DNA of 64,000 nucleotides from Desulfobacterales bacterium (GCA_963668645.2 CAXXWC010000013.1:160001-224000); one strand, 5' to 3'; counted from the first letter of the stretch, positions 50,185 to 60,326 are shown. The notes: a model not told the origin generated them from the letters alone. Program-made: numbers and translations.

Positions 50185-51432
50185 CTAATGGATCAAACGG
50201 CCGGCCGGCGGAATCAGCCGGCCGGCGTTGAAGCCGGGATCCAGCAGGCGCTGTGGATCGCCGCAAACCGGGGTGCGCGAGCCGATCAGCGCGGTGAGCA
50301 CGCCGCCCTGGTCGATCTGGCCGACCATGGCCAGGCCCACCAGCCGCTCGTCGCGCAAGACCAGCTTGCGGTAGGTGTTGCGCCGCCGGTCATGGGCCTG
50401 CAGGACCTGGCAGGTGCCGTCTTGCGGCGGATTGACCAGGCCGGCGGTCATCAGGTCGAGATCGAAAATGCGGATCACGTTGCGGCTCAATGTGCCGGGA
50501 CAGGCCACCGGCCGGCCGGCCATGTTGAAGCCGGCGATGCGCCCGGTATGCACCGCCTCGGGCCAGATGGCGTTGACCCAGGGCGTTTGGCGGGCGATGT
50601 CCACGAACTCGGCCACATCACCGGCGGCGAAGATTTCCGGCACGCGGGTGCGCATGTGGGCGTCCACCACCACGCCCAGATCGATCTGGATGCGATCGGC
50701 GGGAAGGAAGCTTCGCGCCGGCAGGACCCCCTTGCCGATCACCACAAGGTCGCAGTCCAGGGTTGTGCCATCGGAAAGATGGGCCTTTTGCACCGCACCG
50801 TTGCCCTCGAAGGTTCGCACTTCGAGATTGACCCGGACGTCCAGGCCCCGGGCGATAAGGGCGTCGCGGATCATGGCCCCGGCCCGGGAATCGACCTGCA
50901 TGGAAAGGGGGTAGGCCGAACCGATGAGCATGGTCGTGGCGATTCCCCTTTGCATGAGCCCATAGGCCGCTTTGAAGCCCACCAGACCTCCGCCCAACAC
51001 AAGAGCGCGGCGGACCTTGTCCAGCACAGCGAGCATGGCTTGTGCATCGTCCCGGCGCCGCATGAAAAAAATGTTGTCCAGGTCGCGGCCTTCGGCACGG
51101 ATCGGCCGGGGATCGGCTCCCGAGGCGATGAGCAAACGGTCGTACGCGATCCGCCGGTCGCCGATGAGCACCTGCCGCCGATCAACGTCAATAGCCGTGG
51201 CGCGTTGCCCGAGGATCGGGGTGATGGCGAGGCGGTCGTAGAAACCGTTGCCGCGGATCGGCAGCCGTTCGGAACCGATGCGGCCTTCCAGAACCAGGCT
51301 GATCATGGGCCGGCAGTAAGGGGGGCCGGGCTCGTCACCGATCATGGTGATCGGTCCCCGGGGGTCGATGCTCCGGATCGCTTCGGCGGCCGCTACACCG
51401 GCGATCCCGTTGCCGATGATGGCGTAGTTCAT
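50185..51432 (-). CDS. FAD-dependent NAD(P)H oxidoreductase (NirB/rubredoxin-reductase-like)
   Basis: IIGNGIAG, YDRLLIASG, VLGGGLVG and IFAAGDVA; ATG at 51432 with GGAGG. Confidence 0.92.
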   Translation of the reverse strand: MNYAIIGNGIAGVAAAEAIRSIDPRGPITMIGDEPGPPYCRPMISLVLEGRIGSERLPIRGNGFYDRLAITPILGQRATAIDVDRRQVLIGDRRIAYDRLLIASGADPRPIRAEGRDLDNIFFMRRRDDAQAMLAVLDKVRRALVLGGGLVGFKAAYGLMQRGIATTMLIGSAYPLSMQVDSRAGAMIRDALIARGLDVRVNLEVRTFEGNGAVQKAHLSDGTTLDCDLVVIGKGVLPARSFLPADRIQIDLGVVVDAHMRTRVPEIFAAGDVAEFVDIARQTPWVNAIWPEAVHTGRIAGFNMAGRPVACPGTLSRNVIRIFDLDLMTAGLVNPPQDGTCQVLQAHDRRRNTYRKLVLRDERLVGLAMVGQIDQGGVLTALIGSRTPVCGDPQRLLDPGFNAGRLIPPAGRLIH

Positions 51433-51496
51433 GGGAACCTCCGCTGGCAACGCAAAAGGATGGTGGGACGGTAGAATTGCTCAAAAAGATGCGAGG

Positions 51497-51542
51497 TTAC
51501 GAATTCGTAAAAACTATAGGCAGAGGCCGGATGGCAAGTCAA
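51497..51542 (-). promoter_or_regulatory. Candidate sigma70 promoter and palindromic operator of the FNOR-cooF-cooS operon
   Basis: Minus strand TTGACT-18-TATAGT, followed by the perfect palindrome TTACGAATTCGTAA at 51497-51510. Confidence 0.55.
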
Positions 51543-51683
51543 ACAAAAACAGGCCGCTTGACTCGGGCGCCGAACGGGTTAGTTTTGCTAGTAATTTGAA
51601 AGTGAGTTTTCCAAACCCGGCCGGACGATTGCCCGCCGGGTTCACAACAATTGAAAATTGACTTGATGGGGAGGGAACGAACC

Positions 51684-52244
51684 ATGAGCAAGATCATCAT
51701 TGTTTACGCCACCGATTACGGCAATACGAAAAAAGTCGCCCAGACCATCGCCGAAGGGGCAGCGGGTGTCCCGGATACCGAGGTGATTGTCAAGACCGCC
51801 GAAGAGGCCACCGTGGAAGATCTCAAGGCGGCCGACGGCATCATTCTGGGCAGTCCGGTCCACATGGGCAGCATGGACTGGCGCATGAAAAAATTCATCG
51901 ATACCGTCTGCAGCCAGCTCTGGATGCAGGACGCGGCGGTGGGCAAGGTGGGGGCCGTCTTTGCCACCGGCAGTGGCTACGGCAACGTGGGCGGCGGCGC
52001 TGAGGTGACCCTCCTGTCGATGCTCAACAACTTGGTCGAACTCGGGTTGATCATCGTGCCGCTGCCCAAGAGCACGACGGGTTATGCCAAGTCCGGGCTT
52101 CAGTGGGGGGCTTATGCCCGCTCGGCCGGTGAAAATCTCGAACAGATCGGGGTCAACGACGAGGCTCTGGTGGCGGCACGCCACCACGGGGCCCACGTGG
52201 CCCGGGTCGCCGCGGCCCTCAAGGGGCAGACGATTTTCGGCTGA
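51684..52244 (+). CDS. WrbA-like flavodoxin / NAD(P)H:quinone oxidoreductase
   Basis: YATDYGNTKK, GIILGSPVHMG, GKVGAVFATG and ARHHGAHVA. Confidence 0.9.
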   Translation: MSKIIIVYATDYGNTKKVAQTIAEGAAGVPDTEVIVKTAEEATVEDLKAADGIILGSPVHMGSMDWRMKKFIDTVCSQLWMQDAAVGKVGAVFATGSGYGNVGGGAEVTLLSMLNNLVELGLIIVPLPKSTTGYAKSGLQWGAYARSAGENLEQIGVNDEALVAARHHGAHVARVAAALKGQTIFG

Positions 52245-52325
52245 TCCGTTTTCTGGGTGGATCGAAGATCCTGACCGACGCAATGGGGATTGCCAGCGCG
52301 AACGGATTGCGGTAACCCAGGCGGC

Positions 52326-53913
52326 ATGCAAAACGTCGATTCAACCCGAGCACGAAACGGGGCGGACAGGGGGGGGGTGGATCCTGTCCGCCACCACCGG
52401 GTTGCTGCTTACGGCCGCCTTTCCGCCGGTAAACCTTTCGTGGCTGGCCTTCGCAGCCCTGATCCCCCTTTTGGCCGCGGTTTCAGGCCGGGGGCCGGCC
52501 CAGGCCTGGCGCTTTGGTTTTGCCACCGGCCTGGTGCATTACCTGACCCTGCTTTACTGGGTCGTTTACACCATGCAGACCTACGGTGGCCTGCCGCTCT
52601 ATCTCAGCCTGCCGGTGCTCGTGCTGCTGGCGGCCTATCTGGCCGTTTACCCGGCGGCTTTTGCGGCCGGCCTGGCACTGATGCGGCTTTCACCCTGGGT
52701 TCTGGTTCCGGGCGCCGCCGCGCTCTGGACAGGGTTGGAGCTGATCCGCGCCCACCTGTTCACCGGTTTTCCCTGGGCCCTTTTGGGCTACAGCCAATAC
52801 TCCCGTTTACCCCTGATCCAGGTAGCCGATATCACCGGGGTTTACGGGATTTCTTTTTTTATCGTACTCGTCAACGCCGGCCTCTGGATTTTCTTCTCGG
52901 CCCTTTGCGGGGCAGGCTGGCGGGGGCCGGCGGTCTCCAAGGGGAGCGCGGCCGGTGTCCTGGGCCTTGTCCTGATCGCTGCGGCCGGTCTTGCGGGCTA
53001 CGGCCAATGGCGCCTGGACGAGGTGGTGGGATTGGAATCCGCGGCGCCACAGCGCAAGGTCGCCGTGGTTCAGGGCAACATCGACCAGACCCTCAAGTGG
53101 GACCCGGCCTTTCAGACCGCCAGCGTGGAAAAATATCTGGCCCTTTCCGCCCGTGCGATGGCGCAGGGGCCGGATCTGGTGGTCTGGCCGGAGACGGCGA
53201 CACCCTTCTACCTCTTTTATCAGCAGCCGCTCACCGGGATGGTGACCGGCTTCGTGGCCCGCTCCGGCACGCCGTTTCTGGTGGGCAGCCCCTCGTTTCG
53301 CCCCAACGGCGAAGCCATGGACTATTTTAACAGCGCCTATCTCATCGACGCCGCAGGCCGTCCTGCAGGCCGCTATGACAAGGTCCACCTGGTCCCCTTC
53401 GGCGAGTACGTGCCGCTCAAGCGCTATCTGCCATTTCTGGGCAAGATGGTGGCCCAGGTGGGTGATTTCAAGAGCGGCCCTCTTGGTGCCACCCTGGCCT
53501 GGGGGGGGCGGCGCCTGGGCGTCCAGATCTGCTACGAGATCATTTTTCCCCGCCTTTCACGCCAGATGGTGGCCGGCGGCGCCGATATCCTGGTCAACAT
53601 GACCAACGACGCCTGGTTCGGGCGCACCGGGGCCCCGTACCAGCACTTTGCCATGGCGGTGCTGCGGGCCGTGGAAAACCGCCGCACCGTGGTGCGGGCC
53701 GCCAACACCGGCATCAGCGCCGTGATCGGGCCCGAAGGACGGGTGGCTCTGCGCACGGAATTGTTCGAGGATGCGGCCTTTACCCGGTCCGTGCCGCTGA
53801 TGGCCGAAAAGACCTTCTATACCCGCTTCGGCGACGTCTGGGCCGGCTTGTGTCTGGTGGTGTCTCTGGTGCTGCTGGGGGTGGGGTTTTGGCGGCGGCG
53901 GGACGATCTTTAA
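52326..53913 (+). CDS. lnt: Apolipoprotein N-acyltransferase (5' end out of frame at a G9 tract as given)
   Basis: TGFPW, VQGNI, VWPET, YDKVHLVPFGEYVP, ICYE, TNDAWFG and ANTGISA. The nearest plausible ATG (52326) joins the main frame if one G is removed from 52369-52377. Confidence 0.9.
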
Positions 53914-54614
53914 ATATCCATCGCCGCACCATTGCGGCGCAGCCACTCCTTGCGCTCTGGATAGTCGGGCATGATCTTGTCCATCTCGTTCCAGAATGCC
54001 TCGTCATGATTGCGGCGGTGGAGGTGGCACAGCTCGTGGACCACGATGTAGTCGATGATTCTCAACGGCGCCATCATGCACTTCCAGTGGAAGGAAAGCT
54101 TTGCCCGGGCGTTGCACGAGGCCCAGCGATAGCCGAGGTCCCCGACACAAACCCCGCTGACCGTCACGCCCACCCGGGCGGCATATTCGGCCACACGCTG
54201 CGGCAGTTTTTCGTTTCCCTTGTCGATGTAAAACAGCCGAAAGGCCTCACGTGCAGCCGATTCATCCTGCTCTGCGATACGGCGCGGCAGCAGGAACCGG
54301 CCGTTTTTCAACAATAGGGGCGCGTTCTGATTCTCGACCAGGGATAGACGGTACGACCGGCCGAGGTAGAGAAATCCTTCGCCGTTGCGAAACTCGCGTA
54401 GGATACGGCTCGCGTTCCACTCGCGCCATTCGGCCATGTTCTTGTAAATCCAATAGCGCTTATCGCGGACCATGGCATCCACGGCGTCTTCCGGCAAGTC
54501 TTCGGGTGCCCGCACGGTGATGGTGCCGTCGCGTTCGAGAATGATGTCGGCGGTACGCCGCGCGTCGCTGCGCAACAGCCGGTATTCGATATTTTCGCAC
54601 TGCCTCTTTTTCAT
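53910..54614 (-). CDS. YgjP/DUF45 (M48-like) metalloprotein associated with type I R-M
   Basis: RWASC, YIVVHELCH (HExxH) and HDEAFW; coupled to hsdR. Confidence 0.9.
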   Translation of the reverse strand: MKKRQCENIEYRLLRSDARRTADIILERDGTITVRAPEDLPEDAVDAMVRDKRYWIYKNMAEWREWNASRILREFRNGEGFLYLGRSYRLSLVENQNAPLLLKNGRFLLPRRIAEQDESAAREAFRLFYIDKGNEKLPQRVAEYAARVGVTVSGVCVGDLGYRWASCNARAKLSFHWKCMMAPLRIIDYIVVHELCHLHRRNHDEAFWNEMDKIMPDYPERKEWLRRNGAAMDI

Positions 54615-57600
54615 CGATGATGATCGCCTACGATCCGATCGTGCCGGTGTTTGGCCAGCTTGAGAATCTCCACGGCCAGACGTTGATGGTGCTGCGTGAT
54701 CTCCGGGATGTCGGCCATCAGCAGGGCGTCGGTCAGGGTGCCGCGCAGGCGTCGCTGTTCGGCCGGATTGTTCCAGAAATCGATCAGTCCGATGGTTTCC
54801 TGCAGGATTTCCACGACCCGCCGCAGCAGGGCCGTCATGGCCGCCTGGCTCCCGGCGGGCACACCGGCATCGCCGAAGGCCAGCACCGCCACGTGCTCGA
54901 AAAAGGTGGTCTCTTCGCGATCGAGTCCCTCGACCAGGGCCTGACGCCCGGCAAGGGCCTCGCGACGCAACTTCTCCAGGTGCTCGGTCAGCACGTCCCA
55001 GTTTTCACGATGCCGCTGCAGCAACTGCTCGAGCTTTTCCGACAGGCGCCCGTAAAAGACCGGGTCCTCGTCGAAATGCACCGTGCAGTGCTTGCGGATG
55101 GCGTGCTCCATCTCGCTGGCCTTGGCCTCCTTGTCCCCTCCGGCGTGGCGGTCCAACCGCTCCAGGAAATCCTCGGCCAGAAGCTCCACCGGCGGCACCT
55201 TGGGATTGATGCCCAGGCTGATCAGGTGCTCGTTGATCAGCCGCTTGACCTTCTCGCCGGCGTCGCCCAGGTCGAGGGTTTCATCCTTGTAGCGCTCCTT
55301 GGTCATGCGCAGGATATAGCCGAAACGCCGGGCCGGAACTCGGTAGGGGGCGGCCGCGGCATGAGGCAGGACGATGTCGAGGCTCATGAGGAATTTTTTC
55401 AGAAACACCTCAAAATCCGCCCGTTTCTCGATGTCTTTCAACTGGCCCACGGCCTGGTGCACAAGGGCCGCCTCGGCGGCCGCATCCGACATGGCCCCGG
55501 TGACGAGGGCCCGCATCTCCCGGACCCCCAGCGCGTCGAAGAACTGGACCAGCCGGTTGAATCGCTCTTCGAGCACCGGCGCTTCGCTGAGAATGCTCTT
55601 GAGCCCTTCGCGCAGTTCATCCTGCTCGTCGGCGGCCGCATACAGGGTCAGGGCCGCGGTCAGGTGGTTGGCCAGTCCGATGTAGTCCACCACGTAGCCA
55701 CGCTGCTTGCCGCTCGCCACCCGGTTGACGCGCGCGATGGCCTGGAGCAGGTTGTGCTCCCGGATCTTCTTGTCGATGTACATCACCTGCTCGACCGGCG
55801 CGTCGAAACCGGTAAGCAGCATGTCGCAGACAATGAGAAAGGCGATGCCGGTATCGACCTTGTCCGGCTCGCTGCGGTCGAAGGGCTTGCAGAAGTTTTC
55901 CACCGCGTTGGTGCGGCGCGCCTCCTTGCGGGCCTGGGTGACGTAGGCCGGCTCGTTGACCCCGTCGGGCGAGATCACCACGGCAGTCTTCAAAAAGCCG
56001 ATGCGGGCGATGCGCTCCAGATCCGGCGTGGTGGCGGCCTTCTCCTTTTCCAGGCGCGCGGCCAGGGCAGCGTCGATGAACTTCTGGTAGCGCACCGCCG
56101 CCAGCTTCGAGTGGCAGACCACCTGGGCCTTGAACCCGTTGGGCAGGATGTGCTCGACGTAGTGGTCCACCAGATCGCAGGCGATGGCCTCGATGCGCCG
56201 CTCGGCCTCCAGGATGTCGCCGGTGGCGCCGTACTTTTTCTTGATGGCCAGCAGCTCGGCCTCGTCGCGGTCGCGGAACAGGTCCTCGAACTTGGTGTCG
56301 AAGGCGTGCTTCTCGTTGATGGCCGCATCGGCGGTCTTGCCTTCATAGAGGATCTGCAAGGTGGTGCCGTCGTCAACCGCGTCCTTGAGCCGGTAGGTGT
56401 CGATGTACTGGCCGAAGCGGCGCACGGTGCGCTTTTCACCGTGGCGTACGGTGATCAGGGGGGTGCCGGTAAAGGCGATGCGCGCCGCGTTGGGAAAGGC
56501 CTCCAACAGGTTGTCGGACAGTCCGGTGCCGCTCTCGTTGCCCCGCTGGGTGCGATGGGCCTCGTCGATCATCAGTACGATGCGCGCCGAATCGTTGACC
56601 GTGCCGAAAGTGCTGGCCGCCGGGATGTCGCCGTAGAGGGCCAGTGCCTCGGCCACCTGGCGCGGCAGCTCCGGCCGCCTTTCGGCGAACTTGTGCACCA
56701 TCACCATGTTGACGTCCGAAGCGTCGGTGGCCAGATGGGCCCGCAGCTCGGCCGTGTTGGCGATCACGTTGACCCGCCCGCCGACGAGCCGCGCCGTGCG
56801 GGCGAGCTGGCGCTCCAGGTCGACCCGGTCGTTGACCAGGATGATCTTGTGGTCGTTTAGATCCGCCGAGGCCCGCAGCATGCGCGCCACGAACACCATG
56901 GTGAGTGATTTTCCCGATCCCTGGGTGTGCCAGACCACCCCGGAACGCTCGGCCGCGGTCCTGCCCGCCCGCAGCCGCTCCACGATGCGGCAGGCGGCGC
57001 GAAACTGCTGGTAGCGCGCCACCACCTTGATCCGCCGCCCGTCGTCGGTGTCCATGAACACGGCGCAGGTGCGCAGCAGGCCGAGCAGGTTGGCCCTGGC
57101 CAGCATCCCCTGGACCAGGCGCTCTTGCGCGCGCTCCACCCCCAGCGGCGGCCGAAAGTCCTTCAGCACCTCAGGCCAGATCTCCTTCCAGCCGAAATAG
57201 TGCCCCTCGTCGGCGGTGATGGTGCCGAAATCGGCCTTTTCCCCGCAGGTACGGATCAGCAGTAGGTTGAAGTGAAACAGCCGCGGCTCGCCCTCGCGCA
57301 GCCCGGCCGCCGCGGTTTCCGGCCGCCCGTTGCGGTAGCGCAGAAGCTGCACGAAGGCCTCGTGCATGGGGTTGGCGCAGGTCGGCCCGCCGATTTTGCA
57401 CTCGACCACCGCCAGGGGCATGCCGTTGACGAACAGGACGATGTCCGGGATGATGCAGGTCTTCACCGCTCCAGGCGTGTCGATGCGAAACTGGTTGACG
57501 GCGGTAAAGCGGTTGTTTTCGGGACGGTCGAAGTCGATGAGCCGCACCACCGGGTCTTCTTCGCCGGTGATTTCGTTGCGGTCCACCTGGGCCTTGAAGA

Positions 57601-57895
57601 TCAGGCGCTGGACCGCCTCGTTGGCCTCCAGCAGGGTAAGGTTGGGCTGGCGCAGCAATTGGTCGCGCAGGTCGTCGAGTTGGGCGCCGGTCAGCCACGG
57701 CCGGCCGTCTTCGGTCCGGTTGATCGCTTGCACCGCATCGCGAAACACCCCGGGCAGCAGCCACTGGCGAAAGCTCTCGCGCAGGGATGCCGCCGGGTCG
57801 ACCGGCACCCGGCCGCATCCCTGGTCCACCACCTTCCAGCCCAGGGCGGCCAGTTGGTCGAGAAACGGTTTTTCGACATGGCGGTATTCCGACAT
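54611..57895 (-). CDS. hsdR: Type I restriction endonuclease subunit R
   Basis: PDIVLFVNGMPLAVVECK, WHTQGSGKS, DEAHR, FTGTP, MLLTGFDAP and QAIARVNR. Confidence 0.96.
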   Translation of the reverse strand: MSEYRHVEKPFLDQLAALGWKVVDQGCGRVPVDPAASLRESFRQWLLPGVFRDAVQAINRTEDGRPWLTGAQLDDLRDQLLRQPNLTLLEANEAVQRLIFKAQVDRNEITGEEDPVVRLIDFDRPENNRFTAVNQFRIDTPGAVKTCIIPDIVLFVNGMPLAVVECKIGGPTCANPMHEAFVQLLRYRNGRPETAAAGLREGEPRLFHFNLLLIRTCGEKADFGTITADEGHYFGWKEIWPEVLKDFRPPLGVERAQERLVQGMLARANLLGLLRTCAVFMDTDDGRRIKVVARYQQFRAACRIVERLRAGRTAAERSGVVWHTQGSGKSLTMVFVARMLRASADLNDHKIILVNDRVDLERQLARTARLVGGRVNVIANTAELRAHLATDASDVNMVMVHKFAERRPELPRQVAEALALYGDIPAASTFGTVNDSARIVLMIDEAHRTQRGNESGTGLSDNLLEAFPNAARIAFTGTPLITVRHGEKRTVRRFGQYIDTYRLKDAVDDGTTLQILYEGKTADAAINEKHAFDTKFEDLFRDRDEAELLAIKKKYGATGDILEAERRIEAIACDLVDHYVEHILPNGFKAQVVCHSKLAAVRYQKFIDAALAARLEKEKAATTPDLERIARIGFLKTAVVISPDGVNEPAYVTQARKEARRTNAVENFCKPFDRSEPDKVDTGIAFLIVCDMLLTGFDAPVEQVMYIDKKIREHNLLQAIARVNRVASGKQRGYVVDYIGLANHLTAALTLYAAADEQDELREGLKSILSEAPVLEERFNRLVQFFDALGVREMRALVTGAMSDAAAEAALVHQAVGQLKDIEKRADFEVFLKKFLMSLDIVLPHAAAAPYRVPARRFGYILRMTKERYKDETLDLGDAGEKVKRLINEHLISLGINPKVPPVELLAEDFLERLDRHAGGDKEAKASEMEHAIRKHCTVHFDEDPVFYGRLSEKLEQLLQRHRENWDVLTEHLEKLRREALAGRQALVEGLDREETTFFEHVAVLAFGDAGVPAGSQAAMTALLRRVVEILQETIGLIDFWNNPAEQRRLRGTLTDALLMADIPEITQHHQRLAVEILKLAKHRHDRIVGDHHR

Positions 57896-57899
57896 GGGA

Positions 57900-58231
57900 T
57901 TACCCGAACAGCACCTTTTCCAGCTTGGCCGCCGCTTCCCGGCGTTTGGCCGGATTCATTCGTGCCAGATTCATCACTTTCCATCGAATAGCCGGAAGGT
58001 GCTCTGCTTCAGGCAGCGCAAACGTATGCCAATCCTGGATTCCCCGCTTGAGTGCCAGCAGGAAATGCTTGTCCGTATCGCTGAGTGCGGCATGGACGTC
58101 AGAAACCAATTGGGGCAATGTATCCCGTAGCTGGCCAAGTTCCAAGGGTGCATAGAGCATGTCTTTCAGCTCAGACGTATACAGCGGGCCTATGTCCTGA
58201 CCTGTTCAGTAAAGGGGGTGTTCGCTTCCAC
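57900..58231 (-). pseudogene. abiEii: AbiEii nucleotidyltransferase toxin, internally deleted
   Basis: GTG at 58231 reads MEANTPFTEQVR and then stops; another frame gives QDIGPLY...LPAIRWKVMNL...LEKVLFG (AbiEii C-terminus). The catalytic core is absent. Confidence 0.75.
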
Positions 58232-58988
58232 CGGTCATCTCCCTCGGGACGGTGATCTGGTAGGCCGCATCCAATGCGCCGCCCCTGACCAGCATGCGCT
58301 TGCCCCGGCCAAGATCGATGTCTTCGGTATTGAGCGTCTGGCGCCAGGCGTGGCCGTGCCGGTCGCTGAACCATAGAAAAAGACGTTTGGCCTTTACCTG
58401 GGAGCATGCGTTCAGCAGCGCATTCAGCAGATCCGGGCGAAAGTTGACCGCCGCCTCGAAAAACTTGTCGGCCAGGGAAAAACCGACCGCATCCTCAACG
58501 TCGGCCAGAAGCTCCAGCATGGCCAGTTCCGGTGTGCTGTACGGAATGGGCCAGTCCCAGGCGCCGAAAAGCCTGGGCTGCACCGCGCCCTCCGGAAGCG
58601 GGCCGAACAATCGCCGGGTATGGATCTCGAATCGAAATGAACCGGGGAAGTCGGGCACCCAACTCGGTACTTTGCCGAAACCGTAAAGGTCGATGCGCCT
58701 GACATCGCCTGCCGGCAGGTAGTGGGCCAGCCCCTGCAGCTCCAACCCGCTGCGGCCTCCCACGCGCACGGGCTGCCCCATCTCGTTGAGGGAGTAGACT
58801 ACGTGCTCCCATTTGAGCGGCGGCCCCGGCCGGCGGTAGACGCCACGAACCACCGCCTCCAGTTTGCCCGCGCGCAGGGCATAATCCACCCGCGGCCGGT
58901 TGAAGCCCCGTTTTTGAAGCCAGGCCCGGCTTACCAACTGGCCGTCGGCCAGGCACTGTTCAAGGGATGGTTCGATCTGTATCGCCAT
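58206..58988 (-). CDS. abiEi: Type IV TA antitoxin AbiEi (AbiEi_3-like)
   Basis: RGVYRRP, VGGRSGLELQGLAHYLP, STPELAMLE, KAKRLFLW, DLGRGKR and YQITVP. Confidence 0.88.
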   Translation of the reverse strand: MAIQIEPSLEQCLADGQLVSRAWLQKRGFNRPRVDYALRAGKLEAVVRGVYRRPGPPLKWEHVVYSLNEMGQPVRVGGRSGLELQGLAHYLPAGDVRRIDLYGFGKVPSWVPDFPGSFRFEIHTRRLFGPLPEGAVQPRLFGAWDWPIPYSTPELAMLELLADVEDAVGFSLADKFFEAAVNFRPDLLNALLNACSQVKAKRLFLWFSDRHGHAWRQTLNTEDIDLGRGKRMLVRGGALDAAYQITVPREMTGGSEHPLY

Positions 58989-59048
58989 GGTTTATCAAAC
59001 CTTATTGATGCATTGTTTATATATGCATTTGCAAGTTTTGACAAACCA
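58988..59048 (-). promoter_or_regulatory. abiE promoter with inverted-repeat operator
   Basis: Minus strand TTGTCA-17-TATAAA (59044 to 59016); arms TGGTTTATCAAACCTT and AAGTTTTGACAAACCA are 14/16 inverted. Confidence 0.6.
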
Positions 59049-59123
59049 TTAGTTTATAATTCATGGCTTTTGCATACAGAAACCAGGGTAAAACTGGACT
59101 TTCGTAAACTCTGGGGTCGCCGT

Positions 59124-60326
59124 TCAATCCAGGCTGTCGAGAAGCTCCCGCCCTTTGCGGGTCGTCCGGTACTTCTGTTTCGGGCTGTTGGGGCTGTCCG
59201 GCGCGGTCATCTCCAGAAGTCCCGCTTCGAGCAAGGGTCTCAGCACGGCGTTGCGGAACTTGGTCCGGTTCGATCGTCCTGTTGCGTCCATCAATTCAGC
59301 CAGCGGCATGGGATCTCGACAAATTTTCAAGACATTATGCTGTTCGGGGACCGACTCGAACTTGGTCCCTACTTGGTCCCTACTTGGTCCCTACTTGGTC
59401 CCTGCTTGGTTCCCACTTGGTGCCTGCTTGGTGCCTGCTCGGCTCCGGTTCTATTTCTGTCAGCGGGACCTTATCCCTTTTAATGAACTGGGCTTGAAAG
59501 GCTTGTCCCGCTTCTTTCAGTTCGAGTCCGATTTCCGGATAATCCTCCAGTTCCTTGCGCATCTTCTGGATGCCGCTGCCCCAGGCCTTGATGAGCCTCA
59601 AGTCCTTGAAAATCAGCGCTAAAACACGGTTTCGGATTTCCGAGCGGCCACTGCCAAGCTCGTCGATGGGCAAGGTGTCGGGCAAGGGACCGGGACTGGT
59701 GATCTCCAGCATGTCATCGTAGATCGCCACTTTGATGTCGCTGCCGAGGATGGCATAATCGCGGTGGATGACCGCGTTGACCAGCGCTTCGCGGATGGCT
59801 TCCAGAGGGTACTCCCAGCGTTCTTCGCGGTAAATCTCACCAATGGTGGCCCCCAGGGCGATGTTCTTCTTGATGAAGGCCATGCAGGGTTCCACCGTGG
59901 CAAAGATCGGGCCGTCGATGGTGGTCTGGTCCAGAAAAACGCTCCGCGTGATCCCCTTGAACCGGGCGCACTCGATCTTGGCGTACGGGAAAAGCCGCTT
60001 GCGCACCGGCCCATCGGCCAGCAGCACGGCGGCGTGGGTCGGCCAGACCGCGTCGCGTTCGGTGTGAAAAAGCCCCAGGTTGGCAAGGTGCTTCCGGGTC
60101 AGGGTCTTCCCGGTGCGCTCGGCATAGGCGGCGATGAACCCGGACAGATCGAGGTCATCCGCGGCGCGTCCTTGACCCCGAAAGCAATCCTCCCCCCGGC
60201 CCCGTTGGCAAAGGCCACGGCGGTGATCGCCACCTAGTCACCTTTGGGAAACGTCTCCTTGAACTCCAAGCGCCGGGATTCGGGCTGGCGGAGAAAGGCG
60301 GGGATGTCGATTTCAACCGTTGCCAT
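59124..60326 (-). pseudogene. AlbA_2 (Schlafen-like) + HATPase_c_4 + C-terminal HTH protein, multiply disrupted
   Basis: ESRRLEFKE*VAITAVAFANGAGG (in-frame TAG at 60234-60236); deletion/frameshift near 60160; YPLEAIREALVNAVIHRDY and GSGIQKM; stop inside the tandem repeat; HTH tail ending PNSPKQKY. Confidence 0.82.
59360..59436. repeat. 11-bp tandem repeat, 7 copies (4 identical)
   Basis: ACTTGGTCCCT x4, then GCTTGGTTCCC, ACTTGGTGCCT and GCTTGGTGCCT. Confidence 0.92.

Noticed and set aside
52084..52325. Extended lnt N-terminus from the ORF track
   Set aside because: It overlaps the flavodoxin gene and does not resemble Lnt.
59360..59436. Short repeats as a possible CRISPR array
   Set aside because: Contiguous 11-bp units with no spacers, and no cas genes in the window.
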